In this document: one piece after another, positions 24,801 through 38,200 of the stretch
How the letters are laid out: every line of letters starts with the position of its first letter
Numbering within the stretch: position 1 is the stretch's first letter
DNA from: Ramazzottius varieornatus
Taxonomy: Eukaryota > Animalia > Tardigrada
NCBI GenBank assembly: GCA_001949185.1
Contig: BDGG01000002.1
Span: 6,748,448 to 6,812,447, forward strand
Direction of reading: 5' to 3'
DNA: 64,000 bases
The notes under the pieces: model-generated
Database searches by the model: none
What the model was told of the DNA's origin: nothing
The model's input: only the letters and a program-made list of their open reading frames with translations
Translations under genes and position numbers: made by a program

Positions 24801-25653
24801 CTCGAGGCAGTCCTTGGACGCAGAGCCATACTCCTCCACCTAATCCTCGTCCGTTTGGTAAATGAAAATTTCCAGCAGCCATATCCACTGTGCCTTTCTA
24901 CAAATAGTAAGGCAGCACAATGTAACATGATCGTACGCATGACGCAGGTATCTTTTGCCATTATCAAGTCAAATATTGGCTCAAATATTTTGAATAATGA
25001 TATCAAGTCCTGCATAAAGTGCACATTTTCCCCCGTGAGATGGGATTGGACAATAAACGGGCAGGTCCCTGATCATGGCATACTGGTTGGATCGTCATTA
25101 GAATCTCGAATGGATCTACATAGACAGCAGCTAGAAGGGATTATGATATAATATTACGAATGGGAAGCAAAATAACCAGAACGGCTCATTCGATCGTCAG
25201 AGCTTTTTCGCTCATATTCTGCTCCTTCTTCCACCAGAAAGATAACTGGACGAAAGGACAGAATATTCCTCGAGCTCGTTCGGACGTTTCTGACCGTGAC
25301 GATATTCTGCAACCTGCAAGACACAGCTTTCTTCGTTGGGACACATATGGAGACTATGCCCTACAGAACAGAAAGATGCAACACGAAACACAGGGTAAGA
25401 TCGGTGGAGTAAATGAAAAACACAACTATGGAACGCGGTGCCAAAAGATGCTTGCTTCCTTCACAGTGTCACGAGCATGTTTTTCCTTGACAACTCCTAT
25501 ATGGAATCGATCGATTAGGCAGCTGGAAGATGGAGCATAAGCCATCACGACGGACAAGAATCTGGCGATATCCATGGCATATCCCACAGTAAACACTACG
25601 ATCCTGTTCCCTAAACCATGGGTCGGCCGAAAACTTACATCCCGTTGGTTCAT
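21823..25653 (-). CDS. nito: Spenito/RBM15 (3 RRMs + C-terminal SPOC), multi-exon
   Basis: RRM1 LCVQGLPRDWREMDV...; RRM2 PEDDDKATRTLFVGNLE...AYAFVRFLTLDMAYRAKVALSG; RRM3 RVWVGGL; SPOC WKGTITLKS...ITRRLRLE...LQSYLLEKDAAGVI. Start is either a 5-codon exon MNQRD (25653, gtaagt donor, in frame with the acceptor at 24897) or the ATG at 24882. Confidence 0.93.
22284..22334. repeat. Palindromic N25 element core, copy 4 (nito intron)
   Basis: tcaagtggcgcat-N25-gtgcgtcacgtaa. Confidence 0.75.
22839..22889. repeat. Palindromic N25 element core, copy 5 (nito intron)
   Basis: ccaagtggcgcac-N25-gtgcgtctcttgg, right arm gaaaaacgatcgggtcgagtttgc. Confidence 0.8.
24560..24610. repeat. Palindromic N25 element core, copy 6 (nito intron)
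   Basis: gcaagtggtgcat-N25-gtgcgccacttga, left arm gcaaacagaactcgaccagat. Confidence 0.8.
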
Positions 25654-26635
25654 CTTCGATAGATATGATACTTAGTTATTGAGCAAAGATCAAGGATAAC
25701 GTGGCGTAGGAACAAAGCAAGATGGCTCCTAATTAACAATGCACTCGTGGCATGCAGCGGCTGGCATACGCGGTGAGATTAACACAACTCCATACCTGGT
25801 CAACAGAGGGAACAGCACTTGCGATGATGACGATCTTCCAGAAACGCTCACCTTCAGACAAAACTGGACAACATCAAAAGCAAAGCAGAGCAGAAGAAGA
25901 ATGACAAGATCGATCTGAAAACAAGAAAGGGAAAATCGAAACGAAACACGTCCAGCAGAGAATGACACGTACAAAGTTCGCCCCGACCAGCCCCTGGGTT
26001 ACCTCGGGTGTCAGGGGCAGATCGTGGGGGAACCCCAATGTTCGATTCTTCCGAACATACAGTAATATCAATACCTACGTGTATTCCTAGCTATTAGTCA
26101 GGTTTTTACCAGAGTAACGATTATTCGATCGATTCTGAGATGCTTGATCGGAAAGAAACACTGTTGGAAGATCAGGAAATGATGTGAGCACCTCTACATA
26201 CGTTGATTTACACTTACACAAAACCCGCACTTCCTGAGGTACTTCCGAGCTCTCTGACCGAGGAACTCCAGGCCGAAGTTCCCAGAGTAGTCAATATTAA
26301 AAGTGAATGGACAAATTTTCAACGTTAAAAGTGTGAGGGAGAGACAGATGCCCTCACAGGTGGCAAACAAAGTCTCCCAATTGAGCAAAACCTTTCAAAA
26401 GGGAACAATAATATTACCAAGAGGAATAAAGACACAATGACTACGAGTGTACGACGACTTTCATCTCGCAGGCCTCGAGGACCGACCGTGAAGAAAAAGC
26501 TTTCGGTCAGATTCCCTGGCAGTCCGCTCGGAAGTCTTTAGGGTCCCTGCTTGGTACGTCAGTCAGGGACTGTTTGCGCTCGTAGTTAGCAGTGTGATCC
26601 GTCTTACTTCCTTTCGCCTGCAATTTGGATGATGT

Positions 26636-28149
26636 TTAGCGGTGTTTATGTTTGCTCGAGCGATGATGAAACAAAGAGGTGTTCAGGAGCCCACTAGACT
26701 GCGTCGACCGGGTTCTGCCTGGTGCCGTCACGTACTGGTATCCGTCTTCACACTCCTGGTAGACGGTCCGCTCGTACTTCAGCGCTTGCTCCAACGTTAG
26801 ACCATACCAGTGGTCAATCCAGCAAAACATTTTCCGGTAAAATGTGGTGAATATCTTTTTTTCCGTCTGGAAAAGTGTAATGAGACTGGACGTGGAACAG
26901 ATAAAACTCGGCTCATGACTTTCTGACACAGATATACATTTACCTCTGCGGCGTACTGTTCCACCTTTCCTTGCAGCCCCATCCATTTGAAGTCCATGAG
27001 AAGCAGCTTATAACAACACACCACCGGCGAAGCAGTATTCTGGAACGTTTAACGAGTATTTCCGACTCTTCGCGCTCAAAGTAGAGTAGAAGAGTGAAAG
27101 CGTTACCTGCCACGCACCTTGGAGAGAACCGCGACCAGTCGTCAGCGACCGAAACGTCTTCGGGTCCTCGTCCTCCCTAAGCTCCTGCAAGAATTTGCAC
27201 AAAGATTAAGCATTACCGAGAAAACTTAATGTCGTACCTTTGACGTGTAATGGTCATCCGTAATATCCAGGTAAATAACTTCTCGCTGAGCGAGTTGTTT
27301 GGCCGAAAGACGATGTACCTAATTTTAAAAAAAAAATGCCGAACGATTCAGTTTCGAATCTGTAGTTACATAGGTCATGGATCTGGTGCTTGTACAGATT
27401 TACTGACGTTCTCTGATGTTCCTCGATCCGATAGGCACACGGAATCGAGCCGCACGTACAATCTGTCTTTGAGAAAATCTGGATTCTGCAAGAACGTGCC
27501 CGGTACGATTAAGTAAGTCATAAAAGGAACCATCCATTATGCTATTCCTTACCGAAAACTCCGTCCTGGAGTACGGAAAAGCGTCCCATGTCTTCTCGTG
27601 AAAGACTAGAAGCTCTTTCGGAGCCAGAATTTTTGCCCACCGTGGAACCTTGCTAAAACGGACGCAAAACGCTGCGGCATGGTGTACACCGACAACATTT
27701 TATTAATATTGACACCAGCGGTAGAATCCGCAGTGATGTCACAGCGAACAACGGGATTGTATGCGCACCTTTTGTAGTAAAACACTTTGTGTGTAAACTG
27801 TCCGCGATCCGGGTGCAGGTTTCTGTCTGGACCTCTGTGGCGATAGCCTTGTGGTCCAGGTTCATCCGGAAATCCATTAAAAGGCTCATTCTTAACGAGA
27901 TGTAACTGGTCCCCGGTGTCTCCCGTATCCTTCAAACCAAAAGGTGACCGTTATGCGCTGGCAAAGAAACTCCTATAGCCTCAGATCTACTTGTTGTGTA
28001 ATCTTCGCTGTTGTCCATGCATGGGCTTTCTCGTATTCGCTCAAGGCTATGGGCAAAACGATCCTGCTGAAAAACAAAATCAGAAAAGGTTTGGACGAAT
28101 AATCGCAAAATACGTGAGACGTTTCAACTTACTATTCCTTTGTTATCAT
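26636..28149 (-). CDS. Phosphatidylinositol transfer protein (single-domain PITP, divergent), multi-exon
   Basis: MITKEY|RIVLPIALSEY..., KNEPF, GQFTHKVF, SKVPRWAKILAP...HEKTWDAFPYSRT, EDPKTFRSLTTGRGSL, CCYKLL..FKWMGLQGKVE, FYRKMFCWIDHWYGLT. Confidence 0.93.
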
Positions 28150-28884
28150 AGCGGCGAGTTCGAAAAGCGAAATCGGGACAGTCGGTAGAATGAAGTTGGT
28201 TTGCTGGTGGTAGTCCTCGATCGACCAGGACCAACGTTCAACACAGTTACACTTGTCATAGAAACAATCACAAGATCTTTCCGCGTTCCAGGATAAATGT
28301 TGGCGGTAATCGAACGGACGATTGTTCTATATTTCATTCACGAATAGAAACTTGCTAGTTGTTACTACACTTTCAACCAGTACAAAATAACACTACCAAG
28401 CATAAAACAGGCAAATGAACATGCTAGAATGGTTAGTAATATATGAGAAAACATCTGAAAAATAAAAACTGTTCTCAGATTCTCATCTTTGAGAGGTAAA
28501 ACCTTTTTGGAGTTCAAAATGCAAAGGAGAGAAACCAGCACGGGTTGAAGACTCTGCAACGTTTCTTTGGCAAAGGCAGTGCTTAGGCCTTAGAAAAACC
28601 AATGTCTGCGCCAAGAGCGCAGAAACACCGGGAAACAAAACTAGTACGGCAGTGATGTGGTAATACAGGACGTCAGCGAGACACTGTTGGAGCTCGTCCG
28701 CATGAAGATGGAATGTCTCGTTGTCAACAATGGTACTTGACAGCACATAATTTGGTGAAAGGATAATGGTCACAAGGATCACACATGTCAGTAGTCGGAA
28801 GATGCAGTTTGGTTAAAGCTCGTTCATTACCGGGTCAAAAGAGTTCAAATGTCAAAAACTCGCTCTTCGAGATTTCGCGAGGCG

Positions 28885-31800
28885 TTATACGAACGTTGAT
28901 CCAGCCGGCTGAACTGTTGTGGTCACTACGGCGTCGTTCGATCGTACTGTTGTGTTGGCGTACTGGCCTATCCACGAGCCATCTTCCGTAAACATCTTCG
29001 GTTGATCTGGGTCGCCATATTCTTCCATACTATCAGCCTCACTTCCAAGACCTGATGCAAAACAATATTATGATTAGAACATATTATTCGTTTGTGATGA
29101 GTGACTAACAAACCTTCTCCGTTGATTATCGAAGCATTCTCGTCTCCATTAACAATGCCATCAGAAGGTCTAATTGCCGGCTTCGGTATGTTGCCTGTTA
29201 CGATGTTCGTGGGTGCCTTCTCGTAGTAGTGCGGCGCTGGTTGTTGTAGACGCTCCCGTTCGGAGACATCATAATGATCCTAAGACAACAAAAGGCGCTT
29301 CGTTATTGACAGGATAACTTGATTGTAGCCTTGCACTCATAGGCAACATACAGACAAAAAACGTACCTTTCGCTTTCGCCTTCGGCAACACCAGATAATG
29401 CAACATATGAGAAGCAGTAGTGCAAGGAGGCAAATTAGCGCTATAACCCAGCCAAACCACGAGCTTCCATAGAAGGGTCCATCCCCGGCTCTGGCACCTT
29501 CAGTAGTCTCTTTCCGGATTGGTCCTCTAGTCTATAAAAGCCCGGAAAATTCATGGGGATGTGCTTCCCGTAGTACCGCGGAAGTGCTCTTACCTCTTGC
29601 ATTCCTTCGACGGCGACTACCCGAAACTCATACGGTGTTCCCGGCTCCAGTCCATGGATTTCCGTCGAGAGATCCTCCAGTTCCGCACTGGTTTTGGTCC
29701 ATCCGGGGTCTCCTTCCCTTCTATGTTCTATATAGAAGTACTCCCCAGTTCGATGTCCACCACTAGCTGCCTTACCCGGAAGCCAGCTGGCAATAATCGA
29801 TTCATTAGTCCTTCCCGACAGCACCAGTTCCGGTGTTCCAGGTGGCGGCAGAAGTGCCATAGCTTCCATGGTTCGGTTACTCTCGGTAGCTGCTTCCACA
29901 ATACCCACATCGCCTCGACCAGCCGAGGTAGTGGCGTACATGTTGACGCGGTATGTCGTGTCAGGCTTCAGTCCGGGAAGTTTAATGCTGTGCTGATTCA
30001 TATCGTAAATGACAGTTGGATCTCTGATGGGTCCAGTCACGTCCATTCCATTAACCTCGTACAGTTCAATTTCGTAGGTTTGCAGTCTGCCGTTTGGCTC
30101 TGCAGGTGGCTGCCATTCTAATAGGACTGCCCCTCTTCCCATCGGGTAAGCACGTAAGTCTGTCACGCGGCCCGGTGGACCTTCCGGCGTCGTTATTTGA
30201 AGCTATAAAACAAACAACGAAATTTTGAAGAATCAAAAACTACCATATAAAATATTTCCCTTTTTCCACAAGCAGGTGGCGCCACCGGTGGCATGAAAAC
30301 GTCACTGGCTTGTTTCAAAAAAGCGAAGGTGCGAAACGGAAAGTTACCGCTGGACTAGCTGGTCCATCGTACTGGCTGTTGTATGGAAGAACCTTGATCG
30401 TATTCTCGGAAGCTGGCTTCAGGACGTCAACCACAGCCGAGTTCTGATTTGGTCCAATCAACACCTGTCGCGGCTTGCCTTCTTCGCCTGTAGGCGTAAC
30501 CAGCACCTTATATCCTTTGAAGTCCCCTGCAGAATAACACACGCTATATTCACCATTTCAGAAGCCAAGTGTGTGGATGCTGGTGAAGAAAGAGGTTCCT
30601 ACCTTTGACGGATTCAGGAGGTACGGGTTCCCATTCGAGCCTCACAGTCTTTCCGTCGATGATCTGTGACGCCACGAGGTTCTTGGGCGCCTCATTAGGT
30701 TTATCTTCTCCAGAAAAGCCTCGCACCGCCGGAGCATCCGCGGCCCTGGACCGTCCGATCGCGTTATGAGCGATGACTTTGACATCATACGGGACGAAAG
30801 TTGGCTGGCCGGGAATGGTGTGACTGCCTATATGCCAGTCGGAAACGATAGCTGACTGTTCTATGCGCTGAGCATTGGGATCGGGGTCGGCGCGAATCCA
30901 TTTCACTTCGTAATAAAAGCCCGGTCCGTTGTGGTCAATCTGTGGCATAGGCTATGGAAGGAAAGGGAAGGGATAATTTAAACATTGGAATAATGACTTT
31001 GAGGGCGACTTTGTCAAGACTTACAGTCCAGGAGATAACCAAGTTTGTCGGGTCTGTGCCTTTCGCCTGGATATTATCAGGATTTTTATAGGGGACATCC
31101 GGTGGTGTCGAGCAAACTTCTTGACTTGGGTTACTCTCATTACTCAGTCCAATCTGGTTTCGGGCTTTGACGCGGAAAGTGTAATTGACCCAACTGCAAC
31201 ACACACACAGAACACAACCATATACATATCGATTAGTTGTGCCCCAGATATTCCCGGGTGAGACCTCTCCCCATTATTCCCATACAAACGCCAGTCTGTC
31301 TACTCGGGTTATTCAACCCTATTCTAAATTTCGAAATCCTTCACTGCAGATTAAGTCGCAAAAAGATCATCCAGATTACTTCATTCCAAAGCCAAATTTT
31401 GCGCTTATATTTCCAACCCGATCATCGAACGGTCTTATCCGAGATTCATTTTATAATTCGAAAATATTTTCAAATTTTAGGAGCTCGGCAAAGAACTCAG
31501 CCATCTTCTCAAGTGGCGCGTGCTATTAGTAGTATTGTCTGTAAACGTGCACCACTTGGAAAAGCGTTCTTGTCGAGTTTGTATGCCGACGCCTTTCAGA
31601 GTATTTTCTTTGAATAATTTCAAAGGTCATATTTTTTCATGTGTCATATTTTTCTTTCGCTGTATGGTGTACTGTACGTACGGGCTTAGATCCACTGTGG
31701 AAGACAAGTCCGTTCCCGGAATTCCTGCTTTGATGTCTCTCCACTCGCCAGGTTCGAACGAGGTGCTATACTGGATGACAAACTCTTGGATGGGTTCCCT

Positions 31801-34800
31801 GTTGTCGCCATTGGGTTCCCAGTAGACGGTCGCCGTCAAGGGTTCGCACATAGCTCTGACATTGATTGGTGGATTCGGTACGTCTCTCACCACCAGCGTA
31901 CTTTGTGCCTCTGTAGTGTCCAGCCTTGTGCGGGCTATGCACGTGTACACTCCACTATGCGCTTCGGTAGCTTGGGAAATGGTCAAGCTGTTGTCATTAT
32001 TCTGGAATATGCGGCCATTCTGGCCCATCTTGATGGGCTCGCCATCACGCAGCCACTCAATCTGAACGTCCAAATTAGGGTCGGCAGTGGCCGAACAACG
32101 GAAGGTGGCCGAATCTCCAGCTTTGCGCTCAATGTCTTCCGGCGGCGCTGTGATTACAGTCTTTCCTGTAGGGACAAGTACATGAGCCAAGTTCAAATCA
32201 ATCGAACACTTCATACATGTCATTTCCGCTCCATCCATCAAAACAGTCACAACACTACGTACTCTTAATGTCCAGTCTTCCGGAAGCCCGCTTTTCCCCA
32301 AAGCGATTCTTGGCTATGCACGTGTACTCGCCGATGTCGGTGAACGTCGCGCCATTGATGACCAAATCACCGTTCTTCCGTATCTCGTACCTGGCGCCAC
32401 CTCCGGGTTGAACATTGATTGTCTGAAATTATACAGAAAATTTCACAGCCACGGAAAAACCAGATAAGCAGAGACTCCGTAGTCCACCAAGGGCCTGATA
32501 ATCCTGATTCGGACACCTGGATACATTTGGTCGTATGAGGAGTACAAGGACCAAGTATGCAGGTAAATGAAACGGTAAAATCCCAATTTAGCCGCCTTCT
32601 AGCACCGTTCGAACTGAGATTTCCGCATTGGGAAAACTAACCTGCCCGTCTTTTTCGTAGGTTACTCTGGGACTCGGAGCGCCATAAACACGACAAGTGA
32701 TGCTGGCTTGCGACCCTTCGACGGCTTCGGATACCTCAGCGGGTGGTTCAACAATCTCCGCGGGCAAAGCTGAAACCAATTATAATCGATTCACAGCAGA
32801 TCATACTTTCCATGAGCATTAGTTATCAACAGTGCGGGCAATAACGTTCCAAAGTGCCTATTTCAAAGATGGCCGAGTCACCCACCCAAAACATTCAGAT
32901 AGACATCGGCAAATATGTATCCGTGGACGTTACTGGCGTTGCACTGAAAGTTATCTGTATCGATATCTTTCTGGACCCTTGCTATCGTGATGTGGGTACC
33001 GTTGCTGCGCCGGCGGTCATTCGGCGGCAGATCTGCGAAACGAAAGAATTACATGACGGGGTTTTTTACATCATGGCTGATTCGTCCGGATGATGGATGA
33101 AGGACAAATATAGAACGCTAACTCAACCAACAAAAATATTCAAAATTCCCCGGCATTTTTTTCCCACGACAGTGCGAAATCAAAAAGTAATCGATCAAAA
33201 CCATCCAGTATTTCAAGCCTATTGCTTCTTCGACCCTATATGCATTGCAGTTAGCACTTACTTTCTAAGCTAGTGCCATTGACGAACCATTGGATCCTGG
33301 GTTCCGGAACACCACCTGCTACGCATGCAAATGTCTGGTCCTCATCCTCCGCCTTCATTGCCACTTCTGGTGCCGTTATCCAATATGGTTCAGCTAGAAG
33401 TATAGAAAAGCGATCAGCTTCAATAGTGTTGCATTCAAAACGCATTAATTTTGATGCGAGATTGGCTTACATTCCACCGTCAGTGTAAAGGCGTGGTTCC
33501 CAACTGAGCCTACACCGTTCGAAGCGAAACTAAAATACACAAAATGTTTCATGTTAATACTTTGACCGGAAGTAAATGATGAGGGTGGTTTGAATTTACC
33601 ATTCGTAGGTTCCAGCGTCCTCAAACTGAACATTCTTGATTCGGAGGACTTTGCCGTAATCCGACAGCGAGTTCCGACGAGGGGGTAATGGAGCATTCTT
33701 GCGGTCCCAGCGGATTTGTGGTAGTGGTCTGTGGACATAACATAAGAGAGGGAATAAAGATACATATCAGTGAGTGTCCACTTGGATAACAATTAATATT
33801 CCGGACATACGTTCCGCCATAGACGCAGTAGATGTTGACAGATTGCCCGCGCATGGCTGTGATGTGTCTGGGGCTGGTGTACTGACAGGTTGGGGCAGAC
33901 TTGTGTGGTGCAGCTGAGCCCGATGGGTTGACAATGAGCTTCTTCAGCTCGCCGGTTTTGTATTCGCGCAAAAAGGGGGAAAATGCCGAACAGGCATAGT
34001 AGTTATCGCCGCTGGCATCCGCTAACGTTACGTTGGAGAAATGCAAATCTCCTTCGGGATCGACAGAAACACGGCTGCCATTAACCGTCGTCATTGCCCC
34101 ATTGCCAGACTGTAAAATCCAAAAGACATTGGGCCGCGGATTTCCGCTCGGCGGGTTGCATTTGATCGTCAGAGGCTCTCCTTCGTTCACCACAATCTCT
34201 TCGGGAGTATTTTCCGTGCGAAACGTGTCCAAACCTACGAAAGAAAAAGTCTTCGAACTTATGTAATCCTTTGCAAACAATCGTCTTTCCAAGTGGCGCA
34301 CGCTACCAGCCATCAACACAGAGCAAGTGAGCCACTTGGTCCGTTTTTGCAATGCACTATCAAACTACAACTGTATTATTTTACTGGAGTGAATTTTTCG
34401 AAGTTGTCAGCAAGAGAACGATCAATCAACCCAGTTGTCCATCCATCCGACCATAAACTTTGCAATTAGAAGAATTTATTCAGCCTAATTTCATCCTTTC
34501 GGACAATGGACCCCCTTCAAGCTGTCACTTTTTTATAGCATACAGCGTGGTTCTCACATGTTGCGATCATGGCGGCTTTCTTGCCTCAACTGTCAAGAGC
34601 GTTTAGTCCAATGGTCAATATTAAACAATCTTGTCAGTGGTCTTTCCACTTGGCCGAGCATTTGCAACGTTGATTGATGAGAATTTAAGTACCTGCTCTC
34701 CGCAAATAGACAGCGTTGGACAGTGAGATGCCGTATGAATTCTCCGCTCGGCACTGATAGAGCCCTTCGTCGATGTCGCGGGGTCGATGGATCGTCAGTG

Positions 34801-35286
34801 TTCCTTTGCCGGGTTCTTGAGCCACGCGATCGTCACTGCCAGACGTGGAAAATTCCTGGCCGTTTTTGGTCCATTTGTATTCCGGCAAGGGTTCCCCCTT
34901 TGCTTCGCATTCCAGTATCACTGGACGGTCTTCTCGGTTCACACTGGATTCTTGGTACAAAAGCTCGTGAGGCGGTTGCCGTACCAAAAATGGTGGCGAC
35001 GTCACTGTTAGACAAAGAACATTCAATTAACCCATAAGAATAGGAATAATAAAATCATTCAGAATACCGGGCGAATAAAATGCCTTACGCAAAAATAAAA
35101 CCAAAATACTAATTTTATTCAGAAAATATTATAATAGGCTTCAGGACTTTTATTACCTGCTATTGATAAGGAGAAAATGTTCAGGAGGAATAATAAAACA
35201 ATAAAGGCTGGATTGCTGAGCATTATTGTTGAGGTTGTGGTCGGAACGGAAGAGCAAAAGACGGGTACTTTCCGTCTAGTCCGCAT
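28885..35286 (-). CDS. Nrg: Neuroglian / L1CAM-family adhesion molecule (signal peptide, 6 Ig, 5 FN3, TM, cytoplasmic tail)
   Basis: Signal exon ...PAFIVLLFLLNIFSLSIA|VTSPPFLVRQPP; Ig domains; FN3 PDVPYKNPDNIQAKGTDPTNLVISWT|PMPQIDHNGPGFYY; TM WFGWVIALICLLALLLLICCIIWCC; tail DSMEEYGD...FTEDGSWIGQY...STFV*. Confidence 0.96.
31509..31559. repeat. Palindromic N25 element core, copy 7 (Nrg intron)
   Basis: tcaagtggcgcgt-N25-gtgcaccacttgg, outer arms ctcggcaaag / gtatgccgac. Confidence 0.8.
34289..34339. repeat. Palindromic N25 element core, copy 8 (Nrg intron)
   Basis: ccaagtggcgcac-N25-gtgagccacttgg. Confidence 0.8.
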
Positions 35287-38200
35287 TTTTGCTGGCTGGT
35301 ACCCGTCGCACCAGCTTGCAGCGAGAGCGCGAGAGATGCAAATTGAGCAAAGTGAGAGTATCGGGGAATCGAGACAGAGGAGAATGAAAAAACACAGCTC
35401 AGATCAACGAACGCGTGTCTTGATTATGTTGGTGGTGGTATACACAGCCAGCCGGCGTCTCTTGTTTGGCACGTCCAACTTCATCGGAGGGGAATCCAGA
35501 AGCGCGAAGAGGAGAAAAACTCCCCGTGTGGTGAGTACGGCCTTCGTCGCTGGCGTAACCGTCGTATCCGTAGTAGTATTAATCTTTCTCAGGATCGATA
35601 AAAGACAGTCTGCAAAAAGACAAAAACCGGTCAGGACAGGAGACTCTCCACGGCAGCAGGGAACCTACTATACAACGCGGAAGAAGATCGATTCGGTGGC
35701 TATAGTACATGCCATATGCATATATATACGATCGACAGTTGTCCTACAGCCAAGGGAGGAAGGGAGCAAGGAAGACGGAGGACGTAGTAAGATTATACGA
35801 CATTCTGACAGCTAAGCTGTACACGCATGCCCCATAATTCTCGATCCATTCGTATAGTCTGCAACGGGACGCACTCTATAGCCCTCCTGGATCCCCGCAG
35901 ATAATCAACTATAAAATCTTCCGACTCTTCCCGGCCACTGATCCCAACGCCTACAGGCACTAGTAGCCCACTGTCCATCCAACACCGTGAATCAACACTA
36001 ACAAAGATTAATCCTCAAATCAAACCATGTTATATGCAAGCTGTAAGCATACAGATATTTTACGGTTTTCTATGACATCTACACGGTCAGCAAATCCCAT
36101 TCCGCATGGTTAAACCTTGTACGTATCCACGCGGTAATTTAGTTTGAGCTCCTCACAGACCAACATCACGTCTCAAGACACTGAACTATTCCACCTCCCA
36201 TCTCTGTAATGCAGTACTTCTACTGTTGAACGACGAGCACGATTACATAAAATATACTTTAATTTTTGACTTCTAACCGACCAAATAGCTTCATTTTTCA
36301 AGACACCGCCAATCGCGCCATTCAAGTTTGCAGCACAGCTTCAACCTTCTATAGAGAGCAGTTCAAAATTTGACGCTGCTGAAAGCACACAAAGCCCATT
36401 TTAAACCGACACATATTCTCCATTTGCGCCACTTCGATCGAGCTCGGCATTCTGGTAGATCAAAATACCAGCCAAAACATGACGTCAAGAAGTAGAAGGT
36501 TTTGGAGAGTACTAGGTATTAGCTGCAGTTCACCATTCGGAATCCATAGTCCAAGATGATGAACTTTTGGAAGCCCAGCTGCACATTAGTGAATGCACTC
36601 AAGCGTGACAGAAATACGTATCTCTTCTAAAGGATGCACAGACACGCATAATGGCGAGGGCCTGAATATGGATTAGAATAGCACAATTTGGTTTTTTTCA
36701 CGACCTTTCAACAATGGCGCTCCATGACGCATACAATCGGATCAAGCAGGTGAGGTTTTCCACCATATACCGGTAAAATTTCGCTTTTGCATTTTTACAA
36801 CCTTCGAATGGTAAAGTACATTCCCACGGTATAAGGACCGCATCTCATACATACAGAGGCGGAAGCTACTGCGCGTTTTGAAAATCGTAGTTCAAGCGAG
36901 GTACCATGCTACTTGAAGCAGACCGCACCATCTCAATGTAAACGAGCACTGTTGCACAACGCGTAACGGCAGCTTGCTGTGCCTGTCAAAACAAAGACCG
37001 CTATCTCAAACAGGAAAGAGCCATTCACATACGATTTTAAACAGCATAGTTTAGTTTTCCCTCCCCATACAAATACAGTTGACACTTGCGGTCACGACTC
37101 ACCACAAGCTCATGCCACATTTCTTCAATTTCATCCAGCTGGAACAAAATGATGATAACAAAATTCGCCGTAATGCCAATCTCTACGTAAGACCCAGTAA
37201 AGACTACAGGCGAACTGGGTATACTCTAATTCGGTTCTTGATGTTTGAACACACGCGGAATAATTATTTCTATCTCGAAGCGAGCAAGATTCACTCTTTA
37301 CCACGCAAACCGTATCGAAGCCTCCACGGTTCAACACAAAGAAAAATACGCTCTGTCAACTGGAGTGTACGTAAGCTTGTATTGGGAGGACCATACCAGC
37401 TACAGCTAGAAGCATAAATGAGTTGCACGTTGATCATGCTGACACAAGCTTTTTACAATAAACCTTCCTGTATAGTGCATAAGCCACACAAGTGCGCGAT
37501 TAAGCAATTTAACCTGACGGTTTGTGCGCCAATATGGGTACACTGATATTCTATTAGCGGCTTTAGAGCGCGATTCGTCGGGTCTTGTGTGAAATTCTAA
37601 TGGAATCCGTCAAGCATGAGCCAAACGAACAGGGAAATGTGCTGTTGATGCAGGCATGTCAAGAGCTCTTGGTTCTATTTGTCACACTGCCCGATGGAAG
37701 ACAGTTGCTGCATGGCGAGCCTCCATACGGACAAGGAACAAGATGCAAAGTACCGGCAAACTGTATGTATATATTCGGCCTTTATCGATTGATTGGAAGC
37801 AACACCCGCTGCCCCACCAGGAAATTGTGTACACAATTTGTGGAGCCTCTACTCGATCGGACCTCAAAACTAAGCCGATACTCTAAAACTGCGTTCTCAC
37901 TTTCACCAAACGTTGCCCTGCAATACAATGGGCAATCTTTGGAGGAAAGGGGCAAAAATTAGATCAAGTCCAGTTCAAGAGAGCTTCTCGTCAAGTATGA
38001 AAATTAGCAGCGACACAGCGTCAATGAACTTGAGAAGATGGCCACATTGTGCCCGTACGCTGTAACACTGTTAGGTCTAGTCCAGTGGACTAACGCAAGC
38101 TGTTAAGTGCAGCCACGTCTCTCTTCCCGTCCGGTGAAATGTTACCAGACGGAAATAATAGCAAGAAGCCATTAGCAATTAATGACCAGCATGATTCATA

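Noticed and set aside
28365-28782. Hydrophobic minus-strand ORFs
   Set aside because: T-rich neuroglian 3' UTR region; no domain or splice support
35177-35815. 212-aa plus-strand ORF
   Set aside because: Antisense to the neuroglian first exon and 5' UTR; reflects purine-rich composition
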